From Longivirga aurantiaca (GTDB lineage: Bacteria > Actinomycetota > Actinomycetes > S36-B12 > CAIYMF01), in contig NZ_JBHSTI010000008.1 in assembly GCF_042660085.1 (NCBI RefSeq), positions 1,959,876 to 1,991,875 on the forward strand: a DNA stretch of 32,000 nt. The letters run 5' to 3'. Both the position numbers and the translations under genes were made by a program. The notes under the pieces were generated by a model, which did no database searches, was not told the origin of the DNA, and saw only the letters and a program-made list of their open reading frames with translations. The number at the start of each line of letters is the position of its first letter. Position 1 is the stretch's first letter. This document shows, piece after piece, positions 18,362 through 26,889 of this stretch.

Positions 18362-18376
18362 TACCCCCCAGGGTGT
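18360..18376. promoter_or_regulatory. Imperfect CsoR-like palindrome upstream of the malic enzyme gene
   Basis: AATACCCCCCAGGGTGT, overlapping the upstream stop codon. Confidence 0.35.
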
Positions 18377-18434
18377 CTGCAGGATCACGTCGCGAAGCCG
18401 CACGTCCCCCGCCCGACCGGCCTACGGTCGAGAG

Positions 18435-20162
18435 GTGACCACGCGAACCGAGCCCGAGCACGTCATCCGCTGGAACTCCGACTCCGACGCGTGGGAGACC
18501 ACGCTGCGCGGACGCGCGGTCCTGGCCGAGCCACGGCTCAACAAGGGCACGGCGTTCAGCACCGAGGAGCGCGAGCGGCTCGGACTCGTCGGCCTGCTGC
18601 CGCCGCGTGTGCTCACCCTCGACCAGCAGGAGAGCCGCGCCTACCGGCAGTACCTCGACCAGCCCACCGACCTCGCGAAGAACGTCTTCCTCACGGCGCT
18701 GCACGACCGCAACGAGGTGCTGTTCTTCCGCCTGCTCGGCCGGCACCTGCCCGAGATGCTGCCGATCGTCTACACGCCCACGGTCGGCGAGGCGATCCAG
18801 CGCTACAGCCACGAGTACCGCCGCCCGCGCGGCGTCTACCTCTCGGTCGAGGACCCGCACAGCATGGAGGACGCGCTGCTCGCGACCGGTCGCGCGCCCG
18901 ACGACGTCGACCTCATCATCGCCACCGACGCCGAGGGCATCCTCGGCATCGGCGACTGGGGCGTCGGCGGTATCGAGATCGCGGTCGGCAAGCTCAACGT
19001 CTACACCGCGGCGGCCGGCATCAATCCCGCGCGCACCCTCGCCGTGATGCTCGACGTCGGCACCGACCGGCAGGAGCTGCTCGACGACCCGCTCTACCTC
19101 GGGGTCGCCAAGCCGCGCATCGGCCGCGAGGAGTACGACGCCTTCATCGACCGCTACGTCACCGCGGCTAAAGCGCTCTTCCCCCACGCGATCCTGCACT
19201 GGGAGGACTTCGGCACGTCCAACGCGCGCCGCATCCTCGACCGCTACCGCGACGAGGCCCTCACGTTCAACGACGACATGCAGGGCACCGGCGCGGTCAG
19301 CCTCGCGGCCGTCCTGTCCGCGAGCGACGTCAGCGGCGTGCCGCTGTCGGAGCACCGCGTCGTCGTCTACGGCTCCGGAACCGCGGGCATCGGCATCGCC
19401 GACCAGATCCGCGACGCGATGGTCGTCGCCGGTGTGCCGAAGGACGTCGCCACCCGCCAGTTCTGGTGCGTCGGACGGCACGGCCTGCTCACCGACGCCC
19501 GACCCGACCTGCGCGACTTCCAGGAGCCGTTCGCCCGGCCCGTCGCCGAGGTGGCCGGCTGGGACGTCGACGCCGAGTACGGCGGCGCCAGCCTCGCCGA
19601 GGTCGTACGCCGGGTGCAGCCCACGATCCTCATCGGCACGTCCGGGCGTCCGCAGGCCTTCACCGAGGACGTCGTCCGCGAGATGGCCGCGCACGTCGAG
19701 CGGCCGATCATCATGCCGATGTCGAACCCGACGGTCCTCGCCGAGGCGTTCCCCGCCGACCTGCTCGCCTGGACCGACGGCCGCGCGCTGGTCGCGAGCG
19801 GCAGCCCCTTCCCGCCCGTGACGTACGCCGGCACCACGTACGAGATCGCGCAGGTCAACAACGCGCTCGTCTTCCCCGGTCTCGGGCTCGGCGTGATCGT
19901 CGCCCGCGCCGCCCGCATCACCGACGGCATGCTGCTCGCAGCCGCCGAGGCCGTGGCGGGGAAGGCCGACGCCCACGGACCCGGCGCGTCGCTCCTCCCC
20001 CGTGTCGCCGACCTGCGTGCCACCTCAGCCGTCGTCGCTGCAGCGGTCGCACGCGCGGCGAAGGCGGACGGCGTCGCGACGGCACCGGTCGACGACAGCC
20101 TCGACGCGGCTATCGATCGGGCGATGTGGCGCTGCGCCTACCACCCGGTGCACGCCGTCTGA
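18435..20162 (+). CDS. NAD-dependent malic enzyme
   Basis: NKGTAFSTEERERLGLVGLLPPRV, FFRLLGRHLPEMLPIVYTPTVGEA, LHWEDFGTSNARRILDRYRDEALTFNDDMQGTGAVSLAA, IIMPMSNPT. Confidence 0.96.
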   Translation: MTTRTEPEHVIRWNSDSDAWETTLRGRAVLAEPRLNKGTAFSTEERERLGLVGLLPPRVLTLDQQESRAYRQYLDQPTDLAKNVFLTALHDRNEVLFFRLLGRHLPEMLPIVYTPTVGEAIQRYSHEYRRPRGVYLSVEDPHSMEDALLATGRAPDDVDLIIATDAEGILGIGDWGVGGIEIAVGKLNVYTAAAGINPARTLAVMLDVGTDRQELLDDPLYLGVAKPRIGREEYDAFIDRYVTAAKALFPHAILHWEDFGTSNARRILDRYRDEALTFNDDMQGTGAVSLAAVLSASDVSGVPLSEHRVVVYGSGTAGIGIADQIRDAMVVAGVPKDVATRQFWCVGRHGLLTDARPDLRDFQEPFARPVAEVAGWDVDAEYGGASLAEVVRRVQPTILIGTSGRPQAFTEDVVREMAAHVERPIIMPMSNPTVLAEAFPADLLAWTDGRALVASGSPFPPVTYAGTTYEIAQVNNALVFPGLGLGVIVARAARITDGMLLAAAEAVAGKADAHGPGASLLPRVADLRATSAVVAAAVARAAKADGVATAPVDDSLDAAIDRAMWRCAYHPVHAV

Positions 20163-20195
20163 CCGCGCCGGACGCCCCAGGAGTGGCGTGGGGAA

Positions 20196-20213
20196 TATAC
20201 CCCGGGGGGTATA
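20196..20213. promoter_or_regulatory. CsoR/CstR-family operator-like perfect palindrome
   Basis: TATACCCC-GG-GGGGTATA, overlapping a possible TATAGT -10 (20210-20215), 43 bp upstream of the thioredoxin ATG. Confidence 0.75.
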
Positions 20214-20256
20214 GTGTTCAGCAGGGCGGAGACCACGACACCCCTGGAGGACCACC

Positions 20257-20625
20257 ATGGCCACCCTGACGCTCACCGGCGACACCTTCGAGCAGACCGT
20301 CACCACCGACGGCATCACGTTCGTCGACTTCTGGGCCTCCTGGTGCGGCCCGTGCCGTGCGTTCGCGCCGATCTTCGAGAAGGCGTCGGAGACGCACCCC
20401 GACATCCGCTTCGGCAAGGTCGATACCGAGGCCGAGCAGTCGCTCGCCGCGGCCGCGCAGATCTCCGCCATCCCCACGCTCATGGCGTTCCGCGACGGCA
20501 TCCTCGTCTACCGCGAGGCAGGCGCCCTGCGCGAGAAGGACTTCGAGCAGCTGATCGCCTCTGTGCGCGACCTCGACATGGACGACATCCGCGCCCGGGT
20601 GGCTGCGGCCAGCGCCTCCGTCTGA
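20257..20625 (+). CDS. Thioredoxin
   Basis: FVDFWASWCGPCRAFAPIFE active site and AIPTLMAFRDG; 122 aa. Confidence 0.95.
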   Translation: MATLTLTGDTFEQTVTTDGITFVDFWASWCGPCRAFAPIFEKASETHPDIRFGKVDTEAEQSLAAAAQISAIPTLMAFRDGILVYREAGALREKDFEQLIASVRDLDMDDIRARVAAASASV

Positions 20626-20650
20626 CACACCACACGCACCGGAGAGCCTC

Positions 20651-21055
20651 GTGAAGAACCCGCTCCGCCTCCTCGTCCTCGCCGTCGTCGCCCTCGTGGG
20701 CGCGCTCGTCCTCACCAGCTGCGGCGCCGGCAGCAGCGTCACCACGGTCGGCGCCCAGGACTTCCTCACCAAGACCGCCGAGCCCGGCGTGGTGGTGGTC
20801 GACGTCCGTACGGCGGCCGAGTTCGCCGAGGGCCACGTCGACGGCGCGATCAACGTCGACGTCGAGGCACCGACGTTCGACGCGCAGATCGCGCAGCTCG
20901 ACAAGGCCACGACGTACGCCGTCTACTGCCGCACCGGTCGGCGCTCGGGCCTCGCGACCGACGCCCTGGGCGAGGCCGGCTTCACCAGCGTCGTGAACCT
21001 CGACGGCGGCATCGCCGACCTCCAGGCTGCCGGCGCACCGATCGTGGCCGGGTAG
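20651..21055 (+). CDS. Rhodanese-domain lipoprotein
   Basis: Signal peptide with LTSC lipobox; VVVDVRTAAEFAEGHVDGAINVDV and active-site CRTGRRSG. Confidence 0.92.
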   Translation: MKNPLRLLVLAVVALVGALVLTSCGAGSSVTTVGAQDFLTKTAEPGVVVVDVRTAAEFAEGHVDGAINVDVEAPTFDAQIAQLDKATTYAVYCRTGRRSGLATDALGEAGFTSVVNLDGGIADLQAAGAPIVAG

Positions 21056-21064
21056 CGTCCCCGC

Positions 21065-21547
21065 ATGCCGTTCGACCGCACCGCCTGGTCCGCGCTCGCC
21101 CAGTGGCCCCGACGCCGCTGGGCGGCCGCGGGCCTCGCGGCGATCAGCACCGTCCTCCTCGTCGGCATCCCGACGGTGCTCGTGCCGACGCCGGTCTTCG
21201 GACGCGAGGTGCCGGTGACGGGGTGGGCCTGGCCCGCGCTCATCGTGACGTCGGTACTCGCCGGTCTCGTGGCCGCGACGTACGTCCGCACCGGGGCGCC
21301 GTCCGCGGGCGACGACGTCAGCCGTGCGGGACTGGTGGGCGGGTTCCTCACCTACCTCGCCGTCGGCTGCCCCGTCTGCAACAAGATCGCGCTGCTGGCC
21401 CTCGGCTACACCGGTGTGCTCCAGTGGTTCGCACCCGTGCAGCCGTTCCTCGCCGTGGCCGGCATCGCACTGCTCGCGTACGCCCTGCGGCGCCGCCTCG
21501 AGGGCGAGCGGTCCTGCCCGGTCCCGGACCGCACGCCCGTCGCATGA
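21065..21547 (+). CDS. Small multi-pass membrane protein with an intramembrane CPVC motif
   Basis: Four predicted TM helices; LTYLAVGCPVCNKIALLALGYTGVLQWFAP. Confidence 0.75.
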   Translation: MPFDRTAWSALAQWPRRRWAAAGLAAISTVLLVGIPTVLVPTPVFGREVPVTGWAWPALIVTSVLAGLVAATYVRTGAPSAGDDVSRAGLVGGFLTYLAVGCPVCNKIALLALGYTGVLQWFAPVQPFLAVAGIALLAYALRRRLEGERSCPVPDRTPVA

Positions 21548-21897
21548 GCCCCGCCTCGGGCGCCGTGCTCGACTCCCTTCTCGAGGAGGCGGCGACCGCC
21601 CTCGGCTGCCTCGCGGGCGGCGCCGCCGTCTGCGCCTTCAGCCGTGCGGGCGTGCCCGTCCCGGGCATCACGTACGCCGAGGGCCGCTGGGCGGCGCTCC
21701 GCGACGTGCAGCGCGCGACGTCCTACGGAGCCGCCGTCGAGACCGCGTCGGCTGCCGCGCTCGTCACCTGGGAGGCGGAGCTCGAGTCGGCCGTCGCCCG
21801 CGGCGCGGGTTGCGACTGGGTGGCCTACCGGACCGGTGGCGTCGATGCGCTCGGTGCGCTGCTCGACCGACCGGCATCGGCACGGCCTTCTGGTTGA
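21544..21897 (+). CDS. Hypothetical protein, 4-bp overlap with the CPVC membrane protein gene
   Basis: ATGA start/stop overlap at 21544-21547; MSPASGAVLDSLLEEAATALGCLAGGAAVCAFSRAG.... Confidence 0.6.
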   Translation: MSPASGAVLDSLLEEAATALGCLAGGAAVCAFSRAGVPVPGITYAEGRWAALRDVQRATSYGAAVETASAAALVTWEAELESAVARGAGCDWVAYRTGGVDALGALLDRPASARPSG

Positions 21898-21980
21898 GCG
21901 GGTGCCTGGGGCATTGCCCTGCAACACCCCGCCTGCTGTGGGCAGGCTGTTCCCCAGCACACCCACACCAGGAGGAACCC

Positions 21981-22172
21981 ATGTTCGGGATCGGCGGCTT
22001 CAGCGGCGGCAGCAAGAACGGCGAGCACTACGACATCGAGGTCAACGAGGGCTCGGTGAACATGAAGCGGTTCAGCGCCGTGGCCAACGAGCGGCACTCG
22101 AACGGCTACCGCATGGCGCACGTGTTCATGCAGGAGGGCAACACCATCGTCGTGTGGGAGAAGGTCGGCTGA
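21981..22172 (+). CDS. Small conserved-looking protein of unknown function
   Basis: MFGIGGFSGGSKNGEHYDIEVNEGSVNMKRFSAVANERHSNGYRMAHVFMQEGNTIVVWEKVG with AGGAGG upstream of the ATG. Confidence 0.75.
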   Translation: MFGIGGFSGGSKNGEHYDIEVNEGSVNMKRFSAVANERHSNGYRMAHVFMQEGNTIVVWEKVG

Positions 22173-22226
22173 GCCGCCCGGCGCCGCGGCGCGGGCGAAG
22201 TGCCCGCGCCGCGCGATGATGGTGCG

Positions 22227-23543
22227 GTGGAGCGCATCAGCGGAAGGGCCTGGATCATCTGGGCCGTCGCTGTCGGCGCCTACACCGTGGCCGTGCTCCA
22301 GCGCACCTCGCTCTCGGTCGCGGGGCTCGACGCCGCCGCGCGCCTCGAGGTGTCCGCGGGGGTCCTCGGCACGTTCGCCGTCGTCCAGCTCCTCGTGTAC
22401 GCCGGCATGCAGGTGCCGGTCGGCGTCATGGTCGATCGGGTCGGCCCGCGCGTGCTGGTCGTCACCGGTGCCGTCCTCATGGCGCTCGGCCAGGTGAGCC
22501 TGGCGCTCGCGCAGTCGTTCCCCGCGGCGCTCGCCGCACGGATCCTCGTCGGCGCCGGCGACGCCATGACGTTCATCGCGGTGCTGCGCCTCGTCACCGC
22601 GTGGTTCCCGCCCCGGCGCGTGCCGCTCATGACGCAGGTGACCGGTCTCGTCGGCCAGTCCGGCCAGCTCCTCAGCATCATCCCGCTCGCCGCCCTGCTC
22701 CACGGCCCCGGGTGGACGCCCGCCTTCCTGTCGGCCGCGTCGCTGTCGGTGCTGTTCGCCGTCCTCGCCTTCGCGGTCGTCCGCGACACCCCCACGGGCA
22801 ACCGCACCGACGAGGCCTCGCCCTCCTGGTCGCAGGTGAGGCACGACCTCGTCTCCGCGTGGCGGCATCCGGGCACGCGCCTCGGGCTCTGGACGCACTT
22901 CACGACGCCGTTCGCGAGCGTGGCGTTCCTGCTGCTGTGGGGCTACCCCTTCCTCGTGTCGGCGCAAGGGATGAGCCGCGGCGAGGCGAGCGTGCTGTTC
23001 TCGGTCATGACCGTCGTCGGGCTCGTCGCGGCACCGTTCCTCGGCGAGGCGGTGGCCCGGCACCCGCTGCGACGTTCCTGGATCGTCCTCACGATCGTGG
23101 GCTCCACGATCGTCGTGTGGACCGCCGTGCTGGTGCTTCCCGATCCCGCTCCCCGGTGGCTCCTGCTGCTCCTCGTCGTCGTCCTCGCGGTCGGCGGCCC
23201 GGCGTCGATGATCGGTTTCGACTTCGCGCGCACGTTCAACCCTCCCAACCGGATCGGGACGGCGACCGGCATCGTCAACGTCGGCGGCTTCTTCTCCGGG
23301 CTCGTCCTCATCCTGGCCGTGGGCGTCCTGCTCGACCTGACGGGCAGCGGCGAGTCGTACTCGCTCGAGGGCTTCCGGATCGCCTTCTCCGCGCAGTACG
23401 TGATCTGGGCGATCGGCATCGCGGGCATCCTGCGCACCCGGCGCATCCTCCGGGCCCGGCTGGCCGCCGACGGCGTGGTCGTGCCGCCGATGCGCGACGT
23501 GGTGCGACGGCGCCGAGCGGCCCGGCGCGGCACGCCGCGCTGA
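22227..23543 (+). CDS. MFS transporter
   Basis: About 12 TM helices; QRTSLSVAGLDAAARLEVSAGVLGTFAVVQLLVYAGMQVPVGVMVDRVGPRVLVV; putative GTG start. Confidence 0.88.
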   Translation: MERISGRAWIIWAVAVGAYTVAVLQRTSLSVAGLDAAARLEVSAGVLGTFAVVQLLVYAGMQVPVGVMVDRVGPRVLVVTGAVLMALGQVSLALAQSFPAALAARILVGAGDAMTFIAVLRLVTAWFPPRRVPLMTQVTGLVGQSGQLLSIIPLAALLHGPGWTPAFLSAASLSVLFAVLAFAVVRDTPTGNRTDEASPSWSQVRHDLVSAWRHPGTRLGLWTHFTTPFASVAFLLLWGYPFLVSAQGMSRGEASVLFSVMTVVGLVAAPFLGEAVARHPLRRSWIVLTIVGSTIVVWTAVLVLPDPAPRWLLLLLVVVLAVGGPASMIGFDFARTFNPPNRIGTATGIVNVGGFFSGLVLILAVGVLLDLTGSGESYSLEGFRIAFSAQYVIWAIGIAGILRTRRILRARLAADGVVVPPMRDVVRRRRAARRGTPR

Positions 23544-23593
23544 TCCCCGGCTCCCGCGCCGCTGTCGCGTACGGTCGCTCGCGGAGGTTGCGC

Positions 23594-24247
23594 ATGAGCA
23601 CGGAACGAGAGGGCGAGCGCCGCTACCCGATGGCGCTCGCGGTCCTGGCCGTCGCCGGTCTGTACGAGTTCATCCCGGACGACTTCCGGCTCACACCGTC
23701 GTTCCGCTGGATCTTCCCCGTGTTCCTCGTCGTGTTCCTGCTGGTGCTGGTGATCGGAGATCCGGGACGCATCGACCGCGAGGTGCGGTGGCTGCGGATG
23801 GTCACGACCGCGATGATCGGGTTCATCACTCTCATGACGATCATCGCCGCCGCCCGGCTCGTGGTCGGGATCCTCGACAACTCGCCGTTCGCGAGCGCGA
23901 GCCAGCTCCTCGTCATCGGCGGCATCATCCTCTTCACCAACATGGTCGCCTTCGCGCTCTGGTTCTGGCATCTGGACGCCGGCGGCCCCGCAGCGCGCGC
24001 GCACGGTCGTACCGATGTCCGCCCGGCGTTCGTCTTCCCCGAGCAGCACCAGCCCCAGCTGGTCGCCGACGGGTGGTACCCCCAGTTCGTCGACTACTTC
24101 GCGGTGTCCTTCAACACCTCGACGGCCTTCAGCCCCACCGACGTGTCCGCGGTGCGGCACTGGTCGAAGCTGTTCATGATCGTCGAGTCGTCGACGTCGC
24201 TGCTGCTCGTCGCCCTCGTCATCGCCCGGGCCATCAACATCCTCTGA
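23594..24247 (+). CDS. Multi-pass membrane protein, ion-channel/DUF1345-like
   Basis: Several TM segments and FVDYFAVSFNTSTAFSPTDVSAVRHWSKLFMIVESSTSLLLVALVIARAINIL pore/TM-like C-terminus. Confidence 0.7.
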   Translation: MSTEREGERRYPMALAVLAVAGLYEFIPDDFRLTPSFRWIFPVFLVVFLLVLVIGDPGRIDREVRWLRMVTTAMIGFITLMTIIAAARLVVGILDNSPFASASQLLVIGGIILFTNMVAFALWFWHLDAGGPAARAHGRTDVRPAFVFPEQHQPQLVADGWYPQFVDYFAVSFNTSTAFSPTDVSAVRHWSKLFMIVESSTSLLLVALVIARAINIL

Positions 24248-24311
24248 CCGCGGGACACGGGCCGCGGGCACACGGCAGGCTCTACAGCGGCAGGACGAGG
24301 GAGGGAGCCCG

Positions 24312-25142
24312 ATGAGCGCATCGACCGACCTGGAGGGGCGCTGGTCGCTGGTCCGCGGCACGCCGGTCTACCACCGCGCCCGCGAGGTGGCCGATGCCCC
24401 CGTGATCCTGCATCTGCACGGCTTCGCCATCTCCGGCAGCTACATGGTGCCGACGGCGTCACTGCTGGCCGACGAGTTCACGACGTACGTGCCGGACCTG
24501 CCCGGCTTCGGTCGCAGCCCTCGCCCCGACCACGTCCTCACCATCCCGGAGCTGGCCGACTCCGCCGCCGCGTTCCTCGACGCCGTCGGTGCCGAGCGAG
24601 CGACGGTGGTCGGCAACTCGCTCGGCTGCACGGTCCTCGCCGCCTTCGCCCAGCGGCATCCCGACCGGCTCGATCGCGCGGTCATGGTGTCGCCGGCCGG
24701 CGGGAAGCAGAGCCAGCCCCTGGGCCGTGCGATCTGGCAGCTCGTGCAGGACACCCCGCGTGAGCCACCGTCGATGGCGACGGTGGCCGTGCCCGACTAC
24801 GTGAGCTTCGGCGTCGTGACGACGTACAAGCTGTTCGTGGCCATGACGCAGTTCCCTGCGTTCCAGGCGCTCATCGAGGTCGACAAGCCGCTGCTCGCCG
24901 TGCTCGGGGTGCGCGACCCGCTGCTCCCACCGGCTGCGCGCATCAAGGAGGTCGTGCGGCAGATGCAGGTGGAGCACCTCACCATCGCCGTCCTCAAGGA
25001 CGCTGCGCACGCCATCAACTACAGCCATCCGCGCGAGACCGCCGACCTGATCCGCGGCTTCGTCCGGGGCGAGCCCCTGCGCTCGACGCTGGAGCCCGTC
25101 GACGGCCGCAGCCCGGTCGCCGTGATCAGCCGCGGCCCCTGA
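24312..25142 (+). CDS. Alpha/beta hydrolase
   Basis: ILHLHGFAISGSYMVPTA, LPGFGRSPRP, VVGNSLGCTVLAAFAQRHPDR nucleophile elbow, LKDAAHAINYSHP catalytic His region. Confidence 0.92.
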   Translation: MSASTDLEGRWSLVRGTPVYHRAREVADAPVILHLHGFAISGSYMVPTASLLADEFTTYVPDLPGFGRSPRPDHVLTIPELADSAAAFLDAVGAERATVVGNSLGCTVLAAFAQRHPDRLDRAVMVSPAGGKQSQPLGRAIWQLVQDTPREPPSMATVAVPDYVSFGVVTTYKLFVAMTQFPAFQALIEVDKPLLAVLGVRDPLLPPAARIKEVVRQMQVEHLTIAVLKDAAHAINYSHPRETADLIRGFVRGEPLRSTLEPVDGRSPVAVISRGP

Positions 25143-25167
25143 CGGCTCGCGAGCCGGACGTCGTGGC

Positions 25168-25566
25168 TCAGGCCGCGGGGACCAGCTCGAACCACACGCT
25201 CTTGCCGTCTGCGCCCTGGATGACACCCCAGCGCGAGGCGATTCGGTTGACGATCTCCAGGCCGCGGCCCGACGTCGCTGTGGGGTCTGCGTGACGCTGC
25301 ACCGGCTCGTCGGTGTCGTCGTCCAGCACGCAGACCCGGAGCACGCGCGTGGACGGGGTCCAGCACGCGCCGACCACCATCGTGGTGCGTGCGTGGAGGA
25401 CGGCGTTGGACGCGAGCTCACTCACCAGGAGGACTGCGTCATCGATGAGGTCGCGCAACGCCCATCCGACAAGGGCCTCGCGCACGAAGGCACGGGAGCG
25501 GGAGGGGCTGTCCATCGACGCGGGCAGGCAGACCCAGCGGGTGCCGGCGATCACGGTCGATGTCAT
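25168..25566 (-). CDS. ATP-binding protein, RsbW-like anti-sigma kinase (HATPase_c)
   Basis: DDAVLLVSELASNAVLHARTT N-box and TSGRGLEIVNRIASRWGV G-box. Confidence 0.88.
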   Translation of the reverse strand: MTSTVIAGTRWVCLPASMDSPSRSRAFVREALVGWALRDLIDDAVLLVSELASNAVLHARTTMVVGACWTPSTRVLRVCVLDDDTDEPVQRHADPTATSGRGLEIVNRIASRWGVIQGADGKSVWFELVPAA

Positions 25567-25634
25567 CCGACCTCCCAGGACGGTCCGTGCAGGTGGGTGG
25601 GTGGGACGGTCTCCCGCCGCGGCGCACCCGCGCG

Positions 25635-25961
25635 CTACTCCAACGCGCGCAGGTACGCCCGGGCAGAGTCGACGTCATCCTCGTATGGAAGGACGGCGTC
25701 GAGCCGCGTGATGGCCAGCACCCGGCGTACGGCACCGTGCGCGCCGGCGAGCACGAGCCTTCCACCGGCCACCTCGCGGCGGCGCAGCGCCCGCACGAAG
25801 CGGGAGAGGGTCACGGAGTCGACGAACTGCACCGCGGACAGGTCCACGATGAGCCGACCGTCGGGCGGGACCGAGTCGAGCATCGCGTCCACCTCGTCGA
25901 GGCGGGTGATGTCGAGCTCGCCCACGGGCGCCGCCACGACGACCGGCTGCTGGTGCATCAC
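25635..25961 (-). CDS. STAS-domain anti-sigma factor antagonist (RsbV-like)
   Basis: RLIVDLSAVQFVDSVTLSRFVRALRR with the phospho-acceptor-region pattern DLS..FVDS.TL. Confidence 0.85.
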   Translation of the reverse strand: MMHQQPVVVAAPVGELDITRLDEVDAMLDSVPPDGRLIVDLSAVQFVDSVTLSRFVRALRRREVAGGRLVLAGAHGAVRRVLAITRLDAVLPYEDDVDSARAYLRALE

Positions 25962-25979
25962 CGCGACCCCTGCGAGGCG

Positions 25980-26585
25980 TCAGCGCAGGCCACCGGGCGC
26001 ACCGGGGCCGTCATGCCTCGGGTCCAGGGAGCCGCCCTCGTCCTCCATGCGTGCGACGGGGCGGTCGGCGGTGTCGACTGTCTCGTCGGCACGGAGCGTG
26101 GAGTCGGTGAGGTCGACCGACGTGATGCCGTCGCCCTCCTCCACCGTGCCGTGCCATCCGCCCTCGGCGGTGCCCCGCTCCTCGATGAACTCCTTGAACT
26201 TCTCCAGGGAGCTGCTGACGGCGGACGACACGATGCCCAGGGCGTCCCCCACGCGCTCGGCGACGCCGTGCGGCTCGAGGTCCATCCGCAGCGTGACGCG
26301 GGTGTGATCCGGGTCGAGGCTCGCGAAGCTCACGCGACCGCCCTGCTCGGGGCCGGTGACGCTCTGCCACGCGATCACCTCGCCGGGGTGCTGCTCGGTG
26401 ATCGTCGCGTCGTACTCGCGCGAGACGCCGCCGACAGAGACCCGCCAGTGGGTCGTCGTGTCGTCGATCTGCCGCACCGACTCGACGTCGTCCATGAACC
26501 GGGGGTACGACTCGAACTGCGTCCACTGGTCGTAGACGGTCGCGAGCGGTCGGTCGACGACCACTGTGTGCTCGTGGCTTGTCAT
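25980..26585 (-). CDS. SRPBCC / polyketide cyclase-dehydrase family protein
   Basis: TVVVDRPLATVYDQWTQFESYPRFMDDVESVRQIDDTTTHWRVSVGGVSREYDATITEQHPGEVIAWQSVTG; ATG at 26585 preceded by AGGAGG. Confidence 0.88.
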   Translation of the reverse strand: MTSHEHTVVVDRPLATVYDQWTQFESYPRFMDDVESVRQIDDTTTHWRVSVGGVSREYDATITEQHPGEVIAWQSVTGPEQGGRVSFASLDPDHTRVTLRMDLEPHGVAERVGDALGIVSSAVSSSLEKFKEFIEERGTAEGGWHGTVEEGDGITSVDLTDSTLRADETVDTADRPVARMEDEGGSLDPRHDGPGAPGGLR

Positions 26586-26634
26586 GTGCTCCTCCTGAGC
26601 TCGACGTGCGCGTGCGCTGGGGGGTGCGGATCGA

Positions 26635-26823
26635 TCAGCTCGTGGCGTCGCGCACGCCGTCCTTGAGCTTCTCCGCACCCTGCTTGAGATCGGCCTTGCT
26701 CTGGTCGACCTTGCCCTCGGCCTCGAGCGACTCGTTGCCGGTCACCTTGCCTGCGGCCTCCTTGATGGCGCCGCCGGTCTTCTGCGCGAGGTTCTTGGCC
26801 TTGTCCTCGGTGCTCATGGTCAT
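26635..26823 (-). CDS. CsbD-like stress protein
   Basis: STEDKAKNLAQKTGGAIKEAAGKVTGNESLEAEGKVDQSKADLKQGAEKLKDG. Confidence 0.93.
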   Translation of the reverse strand: MTMSTEDKAKNLAQKTGGAIKEAAGKVTGNESLEAEGKVDQSKADLKQGAEKLKDGVRDATS

Positions 26824-26865
26824 GCACGTCCCTTCATGTCGTAGTGCGGTGTCGTACCTTCACGG

Positions 26866-26889
26866 TGCCCGGTGGGCGACGCACTAAAC
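26866..26889 (-). promoter_or_regulatory. SigF/SigB-type promoter candidate for the csbD-SRPBCC-STAS-RsbW gene run
   Basis: Minus strand GTTT (26889-26886) - N15 - GGGCA (26870-26866). Confidence 0.6.

Noticed and set aside
18267-19976. 569-aa minus-strand ORF opposite the malic enzyme gene
   Set aside because: Same GC-bias artefact; the plus strand clearly encodes malic enzyme.
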